A stretch of 64,000 nt of DNA from an uncultured delta proteobacterium (GTDB taxonomy: Bacteria > Desulfobacterota > Binatia > UBA9968). The stretch lies in assembly GCA_963737905.1 (NCBI GenBank), contig CAVTUQ010000013.1, positions 53,349 to 117,348 of the forward strand. The letters run 5' to 3'. The position numbers and the translations under genes were made by a program. Shown one piece after another: positions 1-10,493 of this stretch (position 1 is its first letter; each line of letters begins with the position of its first letter). The notes beneath the pieces are model-generated. The model made no database searches. It was not told the origin of the DNA and saw only the letters and a list, made by a program, of their open reading frames with translations.

Positions 1-894
1 ACAATCGCGCGCCATCTTGGCAAACATATTCCGGGAAACCCATCGATGGTCGTGGATAACATGGACGGAGCAGGGTCACTGATCGCTGCAATTACGTTAT
101 AACAAAGCTGAGCCAGATGGTCTGTCCATCGGCGTTTGGATCAGCGGACAGATTATACGTCAAGCCTTGGCGATAGAGGCCCCAGATTTGACGGCCGAAA
201 ATTCGGCTGGATCGGCGCGCCGAGCACGGGGGACCCGACCTGCGCAATCATGGGTTTCACCGGGTTCAAAACTTGGGATGACGTGCTCCATTCCAAGCGT
301 CCGATCAGAATGGGCGGTGTGCGAGCGGGGACCTCATATGACGATGTGCCGACCATTTTAAACAACGTGGCGGGAACAAAATTTGAAGTGATAACGGGCT
401 ATCGGGGCACCTCCCCCATCCGTCTGGCGATGCAGAAGCAGGAAGTCGAAGGGGCGTGCTTGGGGTGGGAATCGATGCGGGTTTCGAATCGAGCCATGCT
501 CGACGCGAAGGGTAATGACAAACTGATTCCCTTCATTACCTATAATAAGAAGTTTGAAGATCCCGAAGTTAAGGGTCTGCCGCTGTTTACCGAGGTCATA
601 AAGGGCGAAGACAATCTGGCGACGTTTACAACTTGGGCGGCCTCTTATGAGTTCCAGCGGCCTTTTTCAGTACCGCCGGGAACGCCCCCGGAGCGGCTTG
701 AGACCTTGCGCAAAGCCTTCGCCGCAACTTTGAGAGATCCGGAATTATTAACCGAAGCAAACAAGTCTAAGCTCTATATTGATCCCGTATCAGGGGAAGA
801 GGTCGACGGATATGTAAAGCAGATATATTCAATGTCGAAGAAAGTGAAGCAAAATCTAAGCTTTGGTGAAATCAACCAGAAGAAAAGTAACTGA
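1..894 (+). CDS. TctC/Bug-family tripartite tricarboxylate transporter substrate-binding protein (5' partial, frameshifted in first ~170 nt)
   Basis: Frame 1 reads TIARHLGKHIPGNPSMVVDNMDGAGSLIAA; ORF 136..894 continues with FGWIG, GYRGTSPIRLAM and RPFSVPPGTP. Paralogous to downstream TctCs; single-base losses fall in short homopolymers. Confidence 0.85.
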
Positions 895-928
895 TTCGAT
901 CTAAAACATCGCGCGCAAGGAGGATTAG

Positions 929-1981
929 ATGATGAAAAGACTTGGACTACTGGCCGTCACGACTGCGGCGTTTATTGCGACAGGTAACATGTCAAACGTG
1001 ACTGCCGAAGACTTTTACAAAGACAAGACGATTCGGGTCACCGTGGGCTTGGCCCCGGGCGGAGGCTACGACACGTACGCGAGAGCTGTTGCCCGCCATA
1101 TGGGGAAACATATCCCGGGCAACCCGAGTTTCGTTGTCGATAACATGGAGGGCGCGGGAAGCCTGATCGCGGCTAACTATACTTACAATAAAGCCGACCG
1201 CGACGGCACCTTTATCGGGGTATGGAACAGCGCGTATATTCTTTATCAAGCGCTTGGCGATAAGGCCGTCAGATTGGACGGCAAAAAGCTCAACTGGATC
1301 GGCGCGCCCGTCAAAGGCTCACCGAGCTGCAGCATCATGGGCTTTACCGGCCTCAAGACCATGGACGAAGTTGTCAAGTCCGGGAAGGCGTTAAAGATGG
1401 GATCCACCAGGGCGGGTTCTACATATAACGATTTGCCGATGATCTTGAATCAGACCGTGGGCACGAAGTTTAACGTGATCAATGGCTATAAGGGCACATC
1501 GCTAATCACGGTCGCTATGCGATCGAAGGAAATCGAAGGCGGCTGCTGGGGCTGGGAGTCGGCGCGCGTTACTGCCCGCGCCATGTTGGATGCGACTGGA
1601 GACCAGAAACTCATACCGATCCTTGTTCACCGGAAGTGGGAGGATCCGGAGCTTGCCAACGTACCCATCATACGCGACTACATTAAAGCAAAGGCTGGTG
1701 ATGATGGCGTGAAGCTTTACAACACCTGGGTCAATCAATATGAGTTCCAGCGTCCGTGGGTGATGCCTCCGGGAGTTCCCAAAGATCGCGTGGAAATTTT
1801 GCGTAAGGCGTTCAAGGCGACTTTCGAAGACCCCGAATTTCTTGACGAAGCTAAAAAGACCAAACTCGAACTCGTTTACGTTGGCTCCGACGAGATCAAC
1901 GGTCTCGTGAAAGAGATTCTCAATATTTCGCCGAAGGCAAAAGCGGGACTTCAGTTTCTAATTCGGAAGACAACGAACTAG
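929..1981 (+). CDS. TctC/Bug-family substrate-binding protein
   Basis: Signal peptide, FYKDKTIRVTVG.APGGGYD, IPGNP..VVDNMEGAG; AGGAGG RBS. Confidence 0.9.
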   Translation: MMKRLGLLAVTTAAFIATGNMSNVTAEDFYKDKTIRVTVGLAPGGGYDTYARAVARHMGKHIPGNPSFVVDNMEGAGSLIAANYTYNKADRDGTFIGVWNSAYILYQALGDKAVRLDGKKLNWIGAPVKGSPSCSIMGFTGLKTMDEVVKSGKALKMGSTRAGSTYNDLPMILNQTVGTKFNVINGYKGTSLITVAMRSKEIEGGCWGWESARVTARAMLDATGDQKLIPILVHRKWEDPELANVPIIRDYIKAKAGDDGVKLYNTWVNQYEFQRPWVMPPGVPKDRVEILRKAFKATFEDPEFLDEAKKTKLELVYVGSDEINGLVKEILNISPKAKAGLQFLIRKTTN

Positions 1982-2052
1982 CCGTAGTTTCAGCGCTCGG
2001 ATTTCAGCAGATACCGCCACGAGTCTGAAGAGAAAGCGTTCAAGGAGGAGTT

Positions 2053-3099
2053 ATGAGAAAAATCCTTTTGCTTAATAGTGCTGTCTCCTTTGTGTTCGTC
2101 TTCTTTTCGGCGCTTTTGAGTCCGGCTTTAGCCGCGGATTTCTACCAGGGAAAAAACATTCGCTTCATCGTCGGCTTCGCCGCTGGTGGCGGTTATGACG
2201 CCTACGCTCGCACGGTCGGCCGATATATCGGCAGGTATATTCCGGGGAATCCTTCGATCACGGTGGAAAACATGGACGGTGCCGGGAGCGCGATCGCCAC
2301 CAACTACATGTACAACAAGGCTGAAAAGGATGGTTTGAACGTAGGTATTTGGAATTCACAAAACATCTTCAACCAGATGATGGGAGATCCAAGCCTGCGC
2401 ATGGACGGCCGAAAATTCGGCTGGATCGGTTCGCCCAGCAAGGATTCCGTCGCCTGCGCTATCATGGGTTTCGCCGGTCCCAAGACCTTCGCTGAAATCG
2501 TCAAGTCGAATAAACCCTTACGCATGGGCGCCACCAGGGCCGGCAACACGACGCAACTGCCAGAAATGTTAAACCACTGGGCCGGCGCCAAATTTGAAAT
2601 CATCCGGGGCTATACGGGTACTTCAAAAATTCGTCTCGCGATGCGCTCCCATGAGGTGGATGGTGCTTGCTGGACGTGGGATTCCATGAGGTCCACGGCT
2701 CGGTCAATGCTCGATGCCAAGGGCGGCGACCAGCTGGTCCCCTTCATCATCAATGGTAAGTGGGAGGACCCCGAGGTTAAAAACATCGCCCAGTTTAATG
2801 AAGTGATTAAAGATAAGGACAATCTTAACGCGTTTAACACGTGGAACTCAGCTAACGAATTTGCTCGCCCTTTCTCGCTTCCTCCGGGCTCGCCGCCCGA
2901 GGCGCTCAGCATCCTGCGCAAAGCCTTCAAGGCGACGATCGAAGACAAAGACTATATCGCCGATGCCAATAAATCGAAGCTTCCAGTCGACTATATTTCC
3001 GGGGAACAAGCGGATCAGTACGTCAAACAAATTTATTCAATTTCCCCCGAAGTCAAGAAGCGGCTTGAATTTTTGGTGAAGAAACCGAAAACCTCCTAG
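2053..3099 (+). CDS. TctC/Bug-family substrate-binding protein
   Basis: FYQGKNIRFIVGFAAGGGYD, IPGNP, NMDGAG; AGGAGG RBS. Confidence 0.9.
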   Translation: MRKILLLNSAVSFVFVFFSALLSPALAADFYQGKNIRFIVGFAAGGGYDAYARTVGRYIGRYIPGNPSITVENMDGAGSAIATNYMYNKAEKDGLNVGIWNSQNIFNQMMGDPSLRMDGRKFGWIGSPSKDSVACAIMGFAGPKTFAEIVKSNKPLRMGATRAGNTTQLPEMLNHWAGAKFEIIRGYTGTSKIRLAMRSHEVDGACWTWDSMRSTARSMLDAKGGDQLVPFIINGKWEDPEVKNIAQFNEVIKDKDNLNAFNTWNSANEFARPFSLPPGSPPEALSILRKAFKATIEDKDYIADANKSKLPVDYISGEQADQYVKQIYSISPEVKKRLEFLVKKPKTS

Positions 3100-3108
3100 G
3101 AGATATCC

Positions 3109-5226
3109 ATGCTGGAATATCTGCAAGCATTCAATCACGGGCTCATCAATGTCTTGCCCTATTTCACGCCGCACGGCACCGAAACCTTTCTCTACATGAT
3201 GATCGGCATGGGGATCGGCTTCGTCGTCGGTATCCTCCCCGGTCTTGGCGGTGCGACGACCCTGGCCCTGATGCTGCCGTTTATCTACAACATGGATCCC
3301 ACCACAGCGTTCGCCTTTCTGTTGGGCTCCAATGCCGTCACTGCCACCACCGGCGATGTGACTTCGGTTCTTTTTGGAGTACCTGGGGAAGGGATCTGCG
3401 CCGCAACGATTGTCGATGGCCATCCGATGGCCAAGAACGGCGAAGCCGGGCGCGCTCTGGGGGCGGCGTTAATGAGCTCCCTTGTCGGGGCGGTTTTTGG
3501 CGCTTTCATGCTGGCGCTGGCGATTCCCATCGTTAGCCCCCTGGTTCTATCCATCGGTTCGGCGGAGTTTTTCATGCTGGCGGTGCTCGGGGTCACCTTT
3601 GTCGCCTCGCTCAGCGGAGCCAACGTTCCCAAGGGTCTCGTGGCCGGTGGGCTGGGGCTGGTGCTGGCGATGGTGGGGCTTGACCCCATTGAGAGCGTGC
3701 CGCGTTTCACCCTGGAAGGCTTTTTAGGTGAAGACAATGCGCTTTTTCTGTGGGACGGCATTTCCCTGATCAGCGTCACCATCGGGCTTTTTGCCATTCC
3801 CGAGATTATCGATCTTGCGGTTCAGGGAAGCAGCATCGCCCGCGAGGGCACCCCGACCAAGCTCGGCGGAGTGATGGAAGGGGTCAAAGACACTTTTAGA
3901 CACTGGAAGCTCGTGCTTCGCTGCAGCGGCATCGGCGCCTATATTGGACTCATTCCCGGGATGGGCGGCGGCCCGGCCCAGTGGCTCGCCTACGCCCATG
4001 CCGTGCAGAGCTCCCCCGACAAAGAGCGCTTCGGCAAGGGAGCGGTGGAAGGGGTGCTCGGCCCCGGCGCGGCGAATAACTCCAAAGAAGGCGGCTCGCT
4101 CATTCCCACGCTTGCCTTCGGCGTCCCGGGCAGCGTCTCCATGGCGATTCTTCTCGGCGCTTTTATCATCCAAGGGATCGTGCCCGGGCCCGATCTGTTG
4201 AATCCGGCCAAGTATTTAACCCTTACCTTCTCCTTTGTCTGGATCATCGTGATCACCAACATCCTGACCGTAGCGATCTGTTTTCTCTTCCTTAACCAGA
4301 TGGCCAAGATCACCTTTATCAAAGGGACCTACCTGATCCCGTTTCTTTTGTTTCTGGTTTATCTTGGTGGGTTTGCCACCAAGAATAGTTTTGGCGACAT
4401 GCTGTTGATCGTGATCTTCGGCGCCATCGGCTGGCTCATGGTGAAGTTTGACTGGCAGCGCCCGCCCTTACTGCTCGGCTTGGTCCTGGGGGGGATCGCG
4501 GAGAACAACCTGTTTATTGCCAGCCGCATCTATGGCTACAGCTGGCTCTGGCACCCCGGCGTTTTAGTCATTGCTTTCATCATCGTTGCCGGCACGGCTT
4601 TTCCTTATTTGCAGGCCTGGTTCAAGCGTCGACGCCAAAAACGCGATCCATCCGAGATGGCTCAGAAACCGGCCCCGGTCAGGATCGAGCGCCTGCCGAT
4701 TGCGACCCGCATCGGCCAATCTCTGTTCGCCCTTTTGATCTTGCTAGTCATGGCTTACGTCGTTTACGAGGCGAAGTGGGGATTCGGTTCCTGGGAACCG
4801 CGCGCCGCGCTGTTTCCCTGGACCATCGGGCTACCCTGTCTGGTGCTGGCGATCTATGTGTTCATGAAGGATAGCCTGCAATCGACTCGCAAAGTTAAAG
4901 CGGAGGGAGCGGCTTTGTGGAGTGAACCCGAGGTCGACCCCATAGTCGAGCGCCATCGGACCCTGGCCATCGGCTGCTGGATTGTGGGCTTTTTCGTGGC
5001 CATCTGGATATTTGGATTTGTCCCGGCCTCTGCGGTAGCGACTTTTCTTTATTTGAAATTCGGGGCCGGGGAGAAATGGCCGATATCGCTGGTCTTGACG
5101 GCGGTTTGCTGGCTGTTCTTTTTCGGTGTCTTCGACTACGCGCTGCAACTCCCCTTTCCCACCGGAAGCCTCTTCGAATGGGTCCACATCGATATTCCCG
5201 CCGTGCGCAGCGTGTTTTTCAGCTAA
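3109..5226 (+). CDS. tctA: TctA permease fused to a C-terminal TctB-like domain
   Basis: GILPGLG, LFGVPGE, DGHPMAKNGEAGRAL, AANNSKEGGSLIPTLAFGVPGS; an extra ~170 aa 4-5 TM tail ends FDYALQLPFP.G (TctB-like). Confidence 0.9.
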   Translation: MLEYLQAFNHGLINVLPYFTPHGTETFLYMMIGMGIGFVVGILPGLGGATTLALMLPFIYNMDPTTAFAFLLGSNAVTATTGDVTSVLFGVPGEGICAATIVDGHPMAKNGEAGRALGAALMSSLVGAVFGAFMLALAIPIVSPLVLSIGSAEFFMLAVLGVTFVASLSGANVPKGLVAGGLGLVLAMVGLDPIESVPRFTLEGFLGEDNALFLWDGISLISVTIGLFAIPEIIDLAVQGSSIAREGTPTKLGGVMEGVKDTFRHWKLVLRCSGIGAYIGLIPGMGGGPAQWLAYAHAVQSSPDKERFGKGAVEGVLGPGAANNSKEGGSLIPTLAFGVPGSVSMAILLGAFIIQGIVPGPDLLNPAKYLTLTFSFVWIIVITNILTVAICFLFLNQMAKITFIKGTYLIPFLLFLVYLGGFATKNSFGDMLLIVIFGAIGWLMVKFDWQRPPLLLGLVLGGIAENNLFIASRIYGYSWLWHPGVLVIAFIIVAGTAFPYLQAWFKRRRQKRDPSEMAQKPAPVRIERLPIATRIGQSLFALLILLVMAYVVYEAKWGFGSWEPRAALFPWTIGLPCLVLAIYVFMKDSLQSTRKVKAEGAALWSEPEVDPIVERHRTLAIGCWIVGFFVAIWIFGFVPASAVATFLYLKFGAGEKWPISLVLTAVCWLFFFGVFDYALQLPFPTGSLFEWVHIDIPAVRSVFFS

Positions 5227-5252
5227 CGGTTTAATGCAGATCGGAGGACGAC

Positions 5253-6296
5253 ATGCGGAAAATTAGCAACGTTTTTGTCTTTCTATTTATGGCTCTAGTT
5301 CTTGCACCTAGCGCGAACGTTAAGGCGGCGGAGTACTATCAGGACAAGTCGATCAGGATCGTCGTCGGTTTCACGTCCGGCGGTTTCTATGACCGTTGGG
5401 CCCGATTGCTGGCGCGCTTCATGCCAAAGTACATTCCCGGCAAACCGGAGATGATTGTGCAGAATATGCCGGGTGCCGGCGGCCTCATCGCCGCGAATTA
5501 CACCTTTAACGTGGCCCAACCCGACGGCCTGAGCGTGGCCTCGCTTTCCTATGGTCTGTATCTCGATCAAATGGTGGGACGCAACGAGGCCAAATATGAC
5601 ATTCGCAAGTTTGGCTGGATCGGCTCCCCGGAAAAAAGCGACGTGCTTCTCTACATGCGCTCTGATGCGCCGTACAAGAGTATCGAGGACATCCGCAAGG
5701 CCAGCACGCCTCCCAAATGCGGCTCCACCGGCACTTCGGGAACGGACTTTATCCTGGCGCGTTTGCTGGAAGACACCCTCGATCTGAAAATCAACACGGT
5801 CATGGGCTATCCCGGTGGTAGTGAAATCGATCTGGCGGTGGAAAAGGGCGAAGTGCAGTGCCGCGGCATGACCTCCGCGCCTTACTTCGGCCGCGAGCCC
5901 TTCATTTCTTGGGCCAAGAGAAACTTCGTCAACGTCTTGGTATTCGGCGGCGTCAAACGCGATCCGCGCATTGCGGATACGCCGACCCTCTATGAGATAT
6001 TCGACAAGGAGAACACCCCAGAAGAAAGCCGACAGGTCGCGGACGTGATCTTGCGCGGCGGCGACTTCGGCCGCCCATTGGTCACTCCTCCCGGGACCCC
6101 TGCTGATCTTATCAAGATATTGCGCGACGCCCATTCGAAAGCCATGAAGGACCCGGCCCTTTTAGACGAAGCCAAGAAAGGCAAAATGGAAGTCGAAGCG
6201 GTGAGCGGAGAAGACCTGGAGAAGCTCGCCAACAAGATGATGAGTATGCCACCGGCCGTAGTAAAACGAGTCAAAAATGTCCTGGCAGCGAAATAA
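5253..6296 (+). CDS. TctC/Bug-family substrate-binding protein
   Basis: YYQDKSIRIVVGFTSGGFYD, NMPGAGG, GYPGGSEIDLA. Confidence 0.9.
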   Translation: MRKISNVFVFLFMALVLAPSANVKAAEYYQDKSIRIVVGFTSGGFYDRWARLLARFMPKYIPGKPEMIVQNMPGAGGLIAANYTFNVAQPDGLSVASLSYGLYLDQMVGRNEAKYDIRKFGWIGSPEKSDVLLYMRSDAPYKSIEDIRKASTPPKCGSTGTSGTDFILARLLEDTLDLKINTVMGYPGGSEIDLAVEKGEVQCRGMTSAPYFGREPFISWAKRNFVNVLVFGGVKRDPRIADTPTLYEIFDKENTPEESRQVADVILRGGDFGRPLVTPPGTPADLIKILRDAHSKAMKDPALLDEAKKGKMEVEAVSGEDLEKLANKMMSMPPAVVKRVKNVLAAK

Positions 6297-6362
6297 CGCC
6301 GCGCCTGGAAACATCGACGGAAAGGTTCTACACAATTCTGAATTTCGATTGGAGGTTTCACC

Positions 6363-7403
6363 GTGAATAAACTTGCACTGATCCTAGCTGCGCTTATCTT
6401 CTACTCGATTCCCGGAGCAGCCCGGCTGTATGCTCAAACACCCTATTATCAAGGCAAAACGATTACCATCGTCGCAGGGACCAAAGCTGGCGATGTTTAC
6501 GATCTCTACGCCCGTATGTTCGCGCAGTTCATGCCCAAATATATCCCGGGAAACCCTAACATCATCGTGCAAAACATGGCAGGCGCAGGTTCTATGATCG
6601 CCGCCAACTACGTCTATAACGTCGCCAATCCCGACGGGCTAACGATCGGCGCGATCTTTCCCGCCCTTTATTTCGATCAAATCATTGGCCGGCAAGAAGT
6701 CAAGTTCGACTGGAGCAAATTCGCCTGGATCGGCAGCCCAGTCACCTCTAATCACCTCCTGTACATGCGTGCGGATACGCCGTACAAGTCGATCGCCGAC
6801 GTCGTCAAGACTTCGACTCCGCCAAAATGCGGCGCGACCGGGACCAGCTCGACCGCCTATTATGTACCGAAGCTGCTGGATGAAGTGATTGAAACGAAGT
6901 TCGACGTCGTCCTCGGTTACCAGTCCGGACAGGATATCGACCTGGCGGTTGAAAGGGGCGAGCTGGTGTGTCGAGCGTTCACCATCACGGCTTTTTTCGC
7001 CCGTGAGCCCTTTATTACGTGGCGCAAAAACAACTTTGTGCGGGTGCTCATGCAAAGCGGCCGCAAGCGGGATCAGAGACTCAAAGAAGTTCCGACCATC
7101 TACGAGCTCATGGATCAATACAAGGCCCCGCCGGCGGGTAGAAACCTGACAACCCTCGTCCTGGCGGCGGGTGACTTCGGCCGGCCCTACGTGCTGCCTC
7201 CCAGTACGCCGGCGGACCGCGTGAAAATTATTCGTGAAGCGTTCCAAAAAACCTTGAGCGACGAAGCGGCTTTGGCCGACGCAAAAAAGAAACGCCTGGA
7301 GATCGACCCCAGTTCCAGCGACGAGCTGGAGAAATTGGCTAAGGAAGTGGTCAGTCAGCCTCCCGATATCGTGGCAAAAATGAAAACGCTGTTGGAAAAG
7401 TAA
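6363..7403 (+). CDS. TctC/Bug-family substrate-binding protein
   Basis: YYQGKTITIV, IPGNPNIIVQNMAGAG, FGRPYVLPP. Confidence 0.9.
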   Translation: MNKLALILAALIFYSIPGAARLYAQTPYYQGKTITIVAGTKAGDVYDLYARMFAQFMPKYIPGNPNIIVQNMAGAGSMIAANYVYNVANPDGLTIGAIFPALYFDQIIGRQEVKFDWSKFAWIGSPVTSNHLLYMRADTPYKSIADVVKTSTPPKCGATGTSSTAYYVPKLLDEVIETKFDVVLGYQSGQDIDLAVERGELVCRAFTITAFFAREPFITWRKNNFVRVLMQSGRKRDQRLKEVPTIYELMDQYKAPPAGRNLTTLVLAAGDFGRPYVLPPSTPADRVKIIREAFQKTLSDEAALADAKKKRLEIDPSSSDELEKLAKEVVSQPPDIVAKMKTLLEK

Positions 7404-7484
7404 GTCAAATCACGAACGAACAACTAAACCTAGGCAGGATGGCACGGAGTTCAACCCTTGGCAGGAGAATAGGAGAGGTATCAG

Positions 7485-8522
7485 ATGCGACAAATTAAAG
7501 AGATAAATATCGGGTTACTGACGGTTCTGATGGTCCTTGGCTTCAGCGGCTTCGTGCAAGCCAATTCTTTGGAGGATTTGGTAGCCGGTGCCAAAAAAGA
7601 GGGGGCCTTAGAGCTCTATGGCCCGTCGACCCTCACGCCTCAAGGCGCCGACACGCTGGCGGCGGCCTTCAATAAAAAGTACGGCCTCAACACGAAGTTG
7701 ACACTTCACCCCTCATTGAACATGACGCGCGACGTGGGAAAACTTGTAGGAATGGCCGCCACCGGAGTGGCTCCCGAGTGGGACACGATGATCGTAACGG
7801 ATGCCCACTATGCGACGCTTTGGCTGAGAAAACTCGTCGAACCCTACGATTACAAAAGCGCGGGGGTTGATCCCCAGGTCATTCATTATGACAGCGGGTC
7901 AATTACCTTCGCCAACCAGATCGTTCTCCCGGCGTACAACAAGAAAACAATGCCCGCCAAAGATGTTCCGACGAAGTGGGAGGACCTGCTTGACCCCAAG
8001 TGGAAAGGCGGCAAGCTCGGAGTATCCACCGCAACCCATCACTTTGCCCGCCTGGCGGTGGGAGCCTGGGGCGAAGAAAAAACCGCAAAGTTCGTAAACG
8101 ACATAGCGAGTCAAGAACCTGTTCTGGGAAGGCTGGCAGAATTATACAACCGCCTGCTTTTGGGTGAGATATCCATTGCGGTAACGCTTACCGACAGCAA
8201 TATTAACGAAGCGAAAAAGACCGGCGCTCCCGTGGTATTTGCTGATGCAATCCAACCGGTGATTTCGCCCGCCTATCAATCAGGCGTCATTAAGGGAGCT
8301 ACACATCCGAGCACCGGCCATCTCTTCTCGATTTTTCTCACTTCGGACGAAGCGCAAGATATTTGGGAAAAGTATAACGGCCAGACCTCGGCATTCGTTC
8401 CCGGCACGACCGCTTATAAATTTCTAAAGGGCAAACAAGCACTCTTCATGAACCAGAATCAAGCCAAGACCGTGGATAAACTGGCGCGACAGTACGGCAA
8501 AATGCTCGGCTTTAACAGGTAA
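7485..8522 (+). CDS. ABC transporter extracellular solute-binding protein (Fe3+/thiamine-like class)
   Basis: Signal peptide, AKKEG, YNK...P.KWEDLLDPKWKG, A.HP...LF..FLTS.EAQ. Confidence 0.8.
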   Translation: MRQIKEINIGLLTVLMVLGFSGFVQANSLEDLVAGAKKEGALELYGPSTLTPQGADTLAAAFNKKYGLNTKLTLHPSLNMTRDVGKLVGMAATGVAPEWDTMIVTDAHYATLWLRKLVEPYDYKSAGVDPQVIHYDSGSITFANQIVLPAYNKKTMPAKDVPTKWEDLLDPKWKGGKLGVSTATHHFARLAVGAWGEEKTAKFVNDIASQEPVLGRLAELYNRLLLGEISIAVTLTDSNINEAKKTGAPVVFADAIQPVISPAYQSGVIKGATHPSTGHLFSIFLTSDEAQDIWEKYNGQTSAFVPGTTAYKFLKGKQALFMNQNQAKTVDKLARQYGKMLGFNR

Positions 8523-8645
8523 GCGAAAAGTAGTTTATCGCTGACTCTAGTCTCGCGAATGATGCGGGTAAAATGTTCGAGGACTATGATCATTTTCTCG
8601 GATTGCACATAGGATTGGCAGTAAGCAAACTATGAAGGAATTAAG

Positions 8646-10415
8646 ATGAAAACCGCTCCCGCGCGGGCGATGCGGCTCGATGTTTTCTCCAGATTCTCCA
8701 AGCCGTTCGAACTAGGACAGTACGGCGTTTCTTTTTTCACTGCAGGTTTGCTCGCACTCCTTATCTTGATCGTGGGCGTGCCCCTTTTGATGGTCGTGCT
8801 CATGAGCCTTCGGACGGGCTTTCCCGGTGAGGGGGGGCCACTCACCTTGCAAAACTTCGTCGACGTCTATGCGGATGTGAGCACTTATGAAGTCCTGGGC
8901 AATACGATGCTTTTCGCGCTGGGTTCTGTTGCAGTGGCGCTGCTTTTCGCCATCCCGCTGTCCTGGCTTCTCATGCGCACGGATATCCCCTTTAAAAAGA
9001 CCTTTTATGTGCTGCTCACCGTGGGAATCCTCATTCCGGTTTTCCTACGCACAATCGCCTGGATTCTTCTATTAAGTCCCCGCATCGGCTTGCTGAATCA
9101 ATGGCTCGTAAAGATTTTCAGTTTGGACGGGCCGCCCTTGAACCTCTACACCATTACCGGAATGGCTTTTATCCAGGGAGTCTCCTTCGTCCCGGGCGCG
9201 TTTTTCATGCTCTCTGCTGCGTATCGCGCGATGGATCCTTCGCTAGAGGAGGCAGCCTATACCTCGGGCGTCAGTAAACTCACGACATTCCTAAGAATCA
9301 ATGTCCCACTTACTTTGCCGGCCATTGCCGCGGTTATGGTTTATCTTTTCATGACTGGGATTGCCGTATTCGAAGTCCCCGCCATCATCGGACTCCCTGC
9401 GAGAATCCTGGTTTTGAGCGCGCTCATCTATACGGCAACCTCTCCACCGACGGGACTGCCCGAATATGGCATAGCGGGGGCCTACGGCGGCATCATGCTC
9501 GTAGCGGGTTTGGCTCTTGCCTATTTCTACGTGCGCCTGGTTAAACAAGGAAAGAAATTCACTGTAATAACAGGGCGGGGTTACCGTCCCCGCGAGATCG
9601 CCTTGCGCCGATGGAAGTGGGTGGCCGTATCTTTTGTCCTGCTTTACCTCTCGATCGAGGTTTTTGTTCCGTTTCTGGTTCTGCTCTGGACATCATTTAT
9701 GCCGTACCTTCAACTTCCTTCTGCAGCCGCTTTGAAATCGATGACGCTTAAGAACTATGTGACGATTCCCGACTACGCGGGTGCTCAGCCCTTTATCAAC
9801 ACTTTTATCCTCATGATCGGGGTGCCCACGATCGCTATGTTTCTCAGCGTTCTCGTTTCGTGGGCCGTGGTTCGAACCCAAGTACGCTTTCGCGGGATTT
9901 TGGATACGGTAGCGTTTTTACCTCACGCGATTCCAAGCATCTTGTTGGCCGTGGGGTTGGCTTATCTCGGTTTGGCCTATAGAGACTATTTTCCTATATA
10001 CGGGACTGTTCTTATCATCATGGTGGCCCATGTCATCAACTGGATCGCTTACGGTACCAGGACGACTAATAGTGTGATGATCCAAGTCCATCGAGAGTTG
10101 GAAGAAGCGGGGAAAGTCGCGGGAGCCTCTACACCACGTGTGGTTTGGAAGATCGTCTTGCCTTTGATCGCCGCGGGAGTGCTCAACAGTTGGGTTTGGA
10201 TCGGCATGCTGTCTTATAGAGAAGTCACCATGGCGCTGACCCTTTATACCAGGAATAGTGTTGTGATATCGACGGTGGTCTGGCAATTCTGGAGCAACGG
10301 TTGGATCCCGCAAGTATCCGCCCTCGGAGTCATCTTGATTCTTTTTGCGCTCATTGTAGTAGGCAGCGTGAGAGTCGCGCTCGCCAGGGTCGGCGAGATC
10401 GGCTCGGCAACATAA
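8646..10415 (+). CDS. ABC transporter permease, FbpB/ThiP-like (two BPD_transp_1 domains)
   Basis: Two EAA motifs (DPSLEEAA, HRELEEAG); many TM helices. Confidence 0.85.
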   Translation: MKTAPARAMRLDVFSRFSKPFELGQYGVSFFTAGLLALLILIVGVPLLMVVLMSLRTGFPGEGGPLTLQNFVDVYADVSTYEVLGNTMLFALGSVAVALLFAIPLSWLLMRTDIPFKKTFYVLLTVGILIPVFLRTIAWILLLSPRIGLLNQWLVKIFSLDGPPLNLYTITGMAFIQGVSFVPGAFFMLSAAYRAMDPSLEEAAYTSGVSKLTTFLRINVPLTLPAIAAVMVYLFMTGIAVFEVPAIIGLPARILVLSALIYTATSPPTGLPEYGIAGAYGGIMLVAGLALAYFYVRLVKQGKKFTVITGRGYRPREIALRRWKWVAVSFVLLYLSIEVFVPFLVLLWTSFMPYLQLPSAAALKSMTLKNYVTIPDYAGAQPFINTFILMIGVPTIAMFLSVLVSWAVVRTQVRFRGILDTVAFLPHAIPSILLAVGLAYLGLAYRDYFPIYGTVLIIMVAHVINWIAYGTRTTNSVMIQVHRELEEAGKVAGASTPRVVWKIVLPLIAAGVLNSWVWIGMLSYREVTMALTLYTRNSVVISTVVWQFWSNGWIPQVSALGVILILFALIVVGSVRVALARVGEIGSAT

Positions 10416-10493
10416 CGGGTATGGAAAACATTTGGCGACGGAGAGGCCGCGAAATAAGCGGGCGAATCTTTGTATCGCATATCAAGGAGGTCA

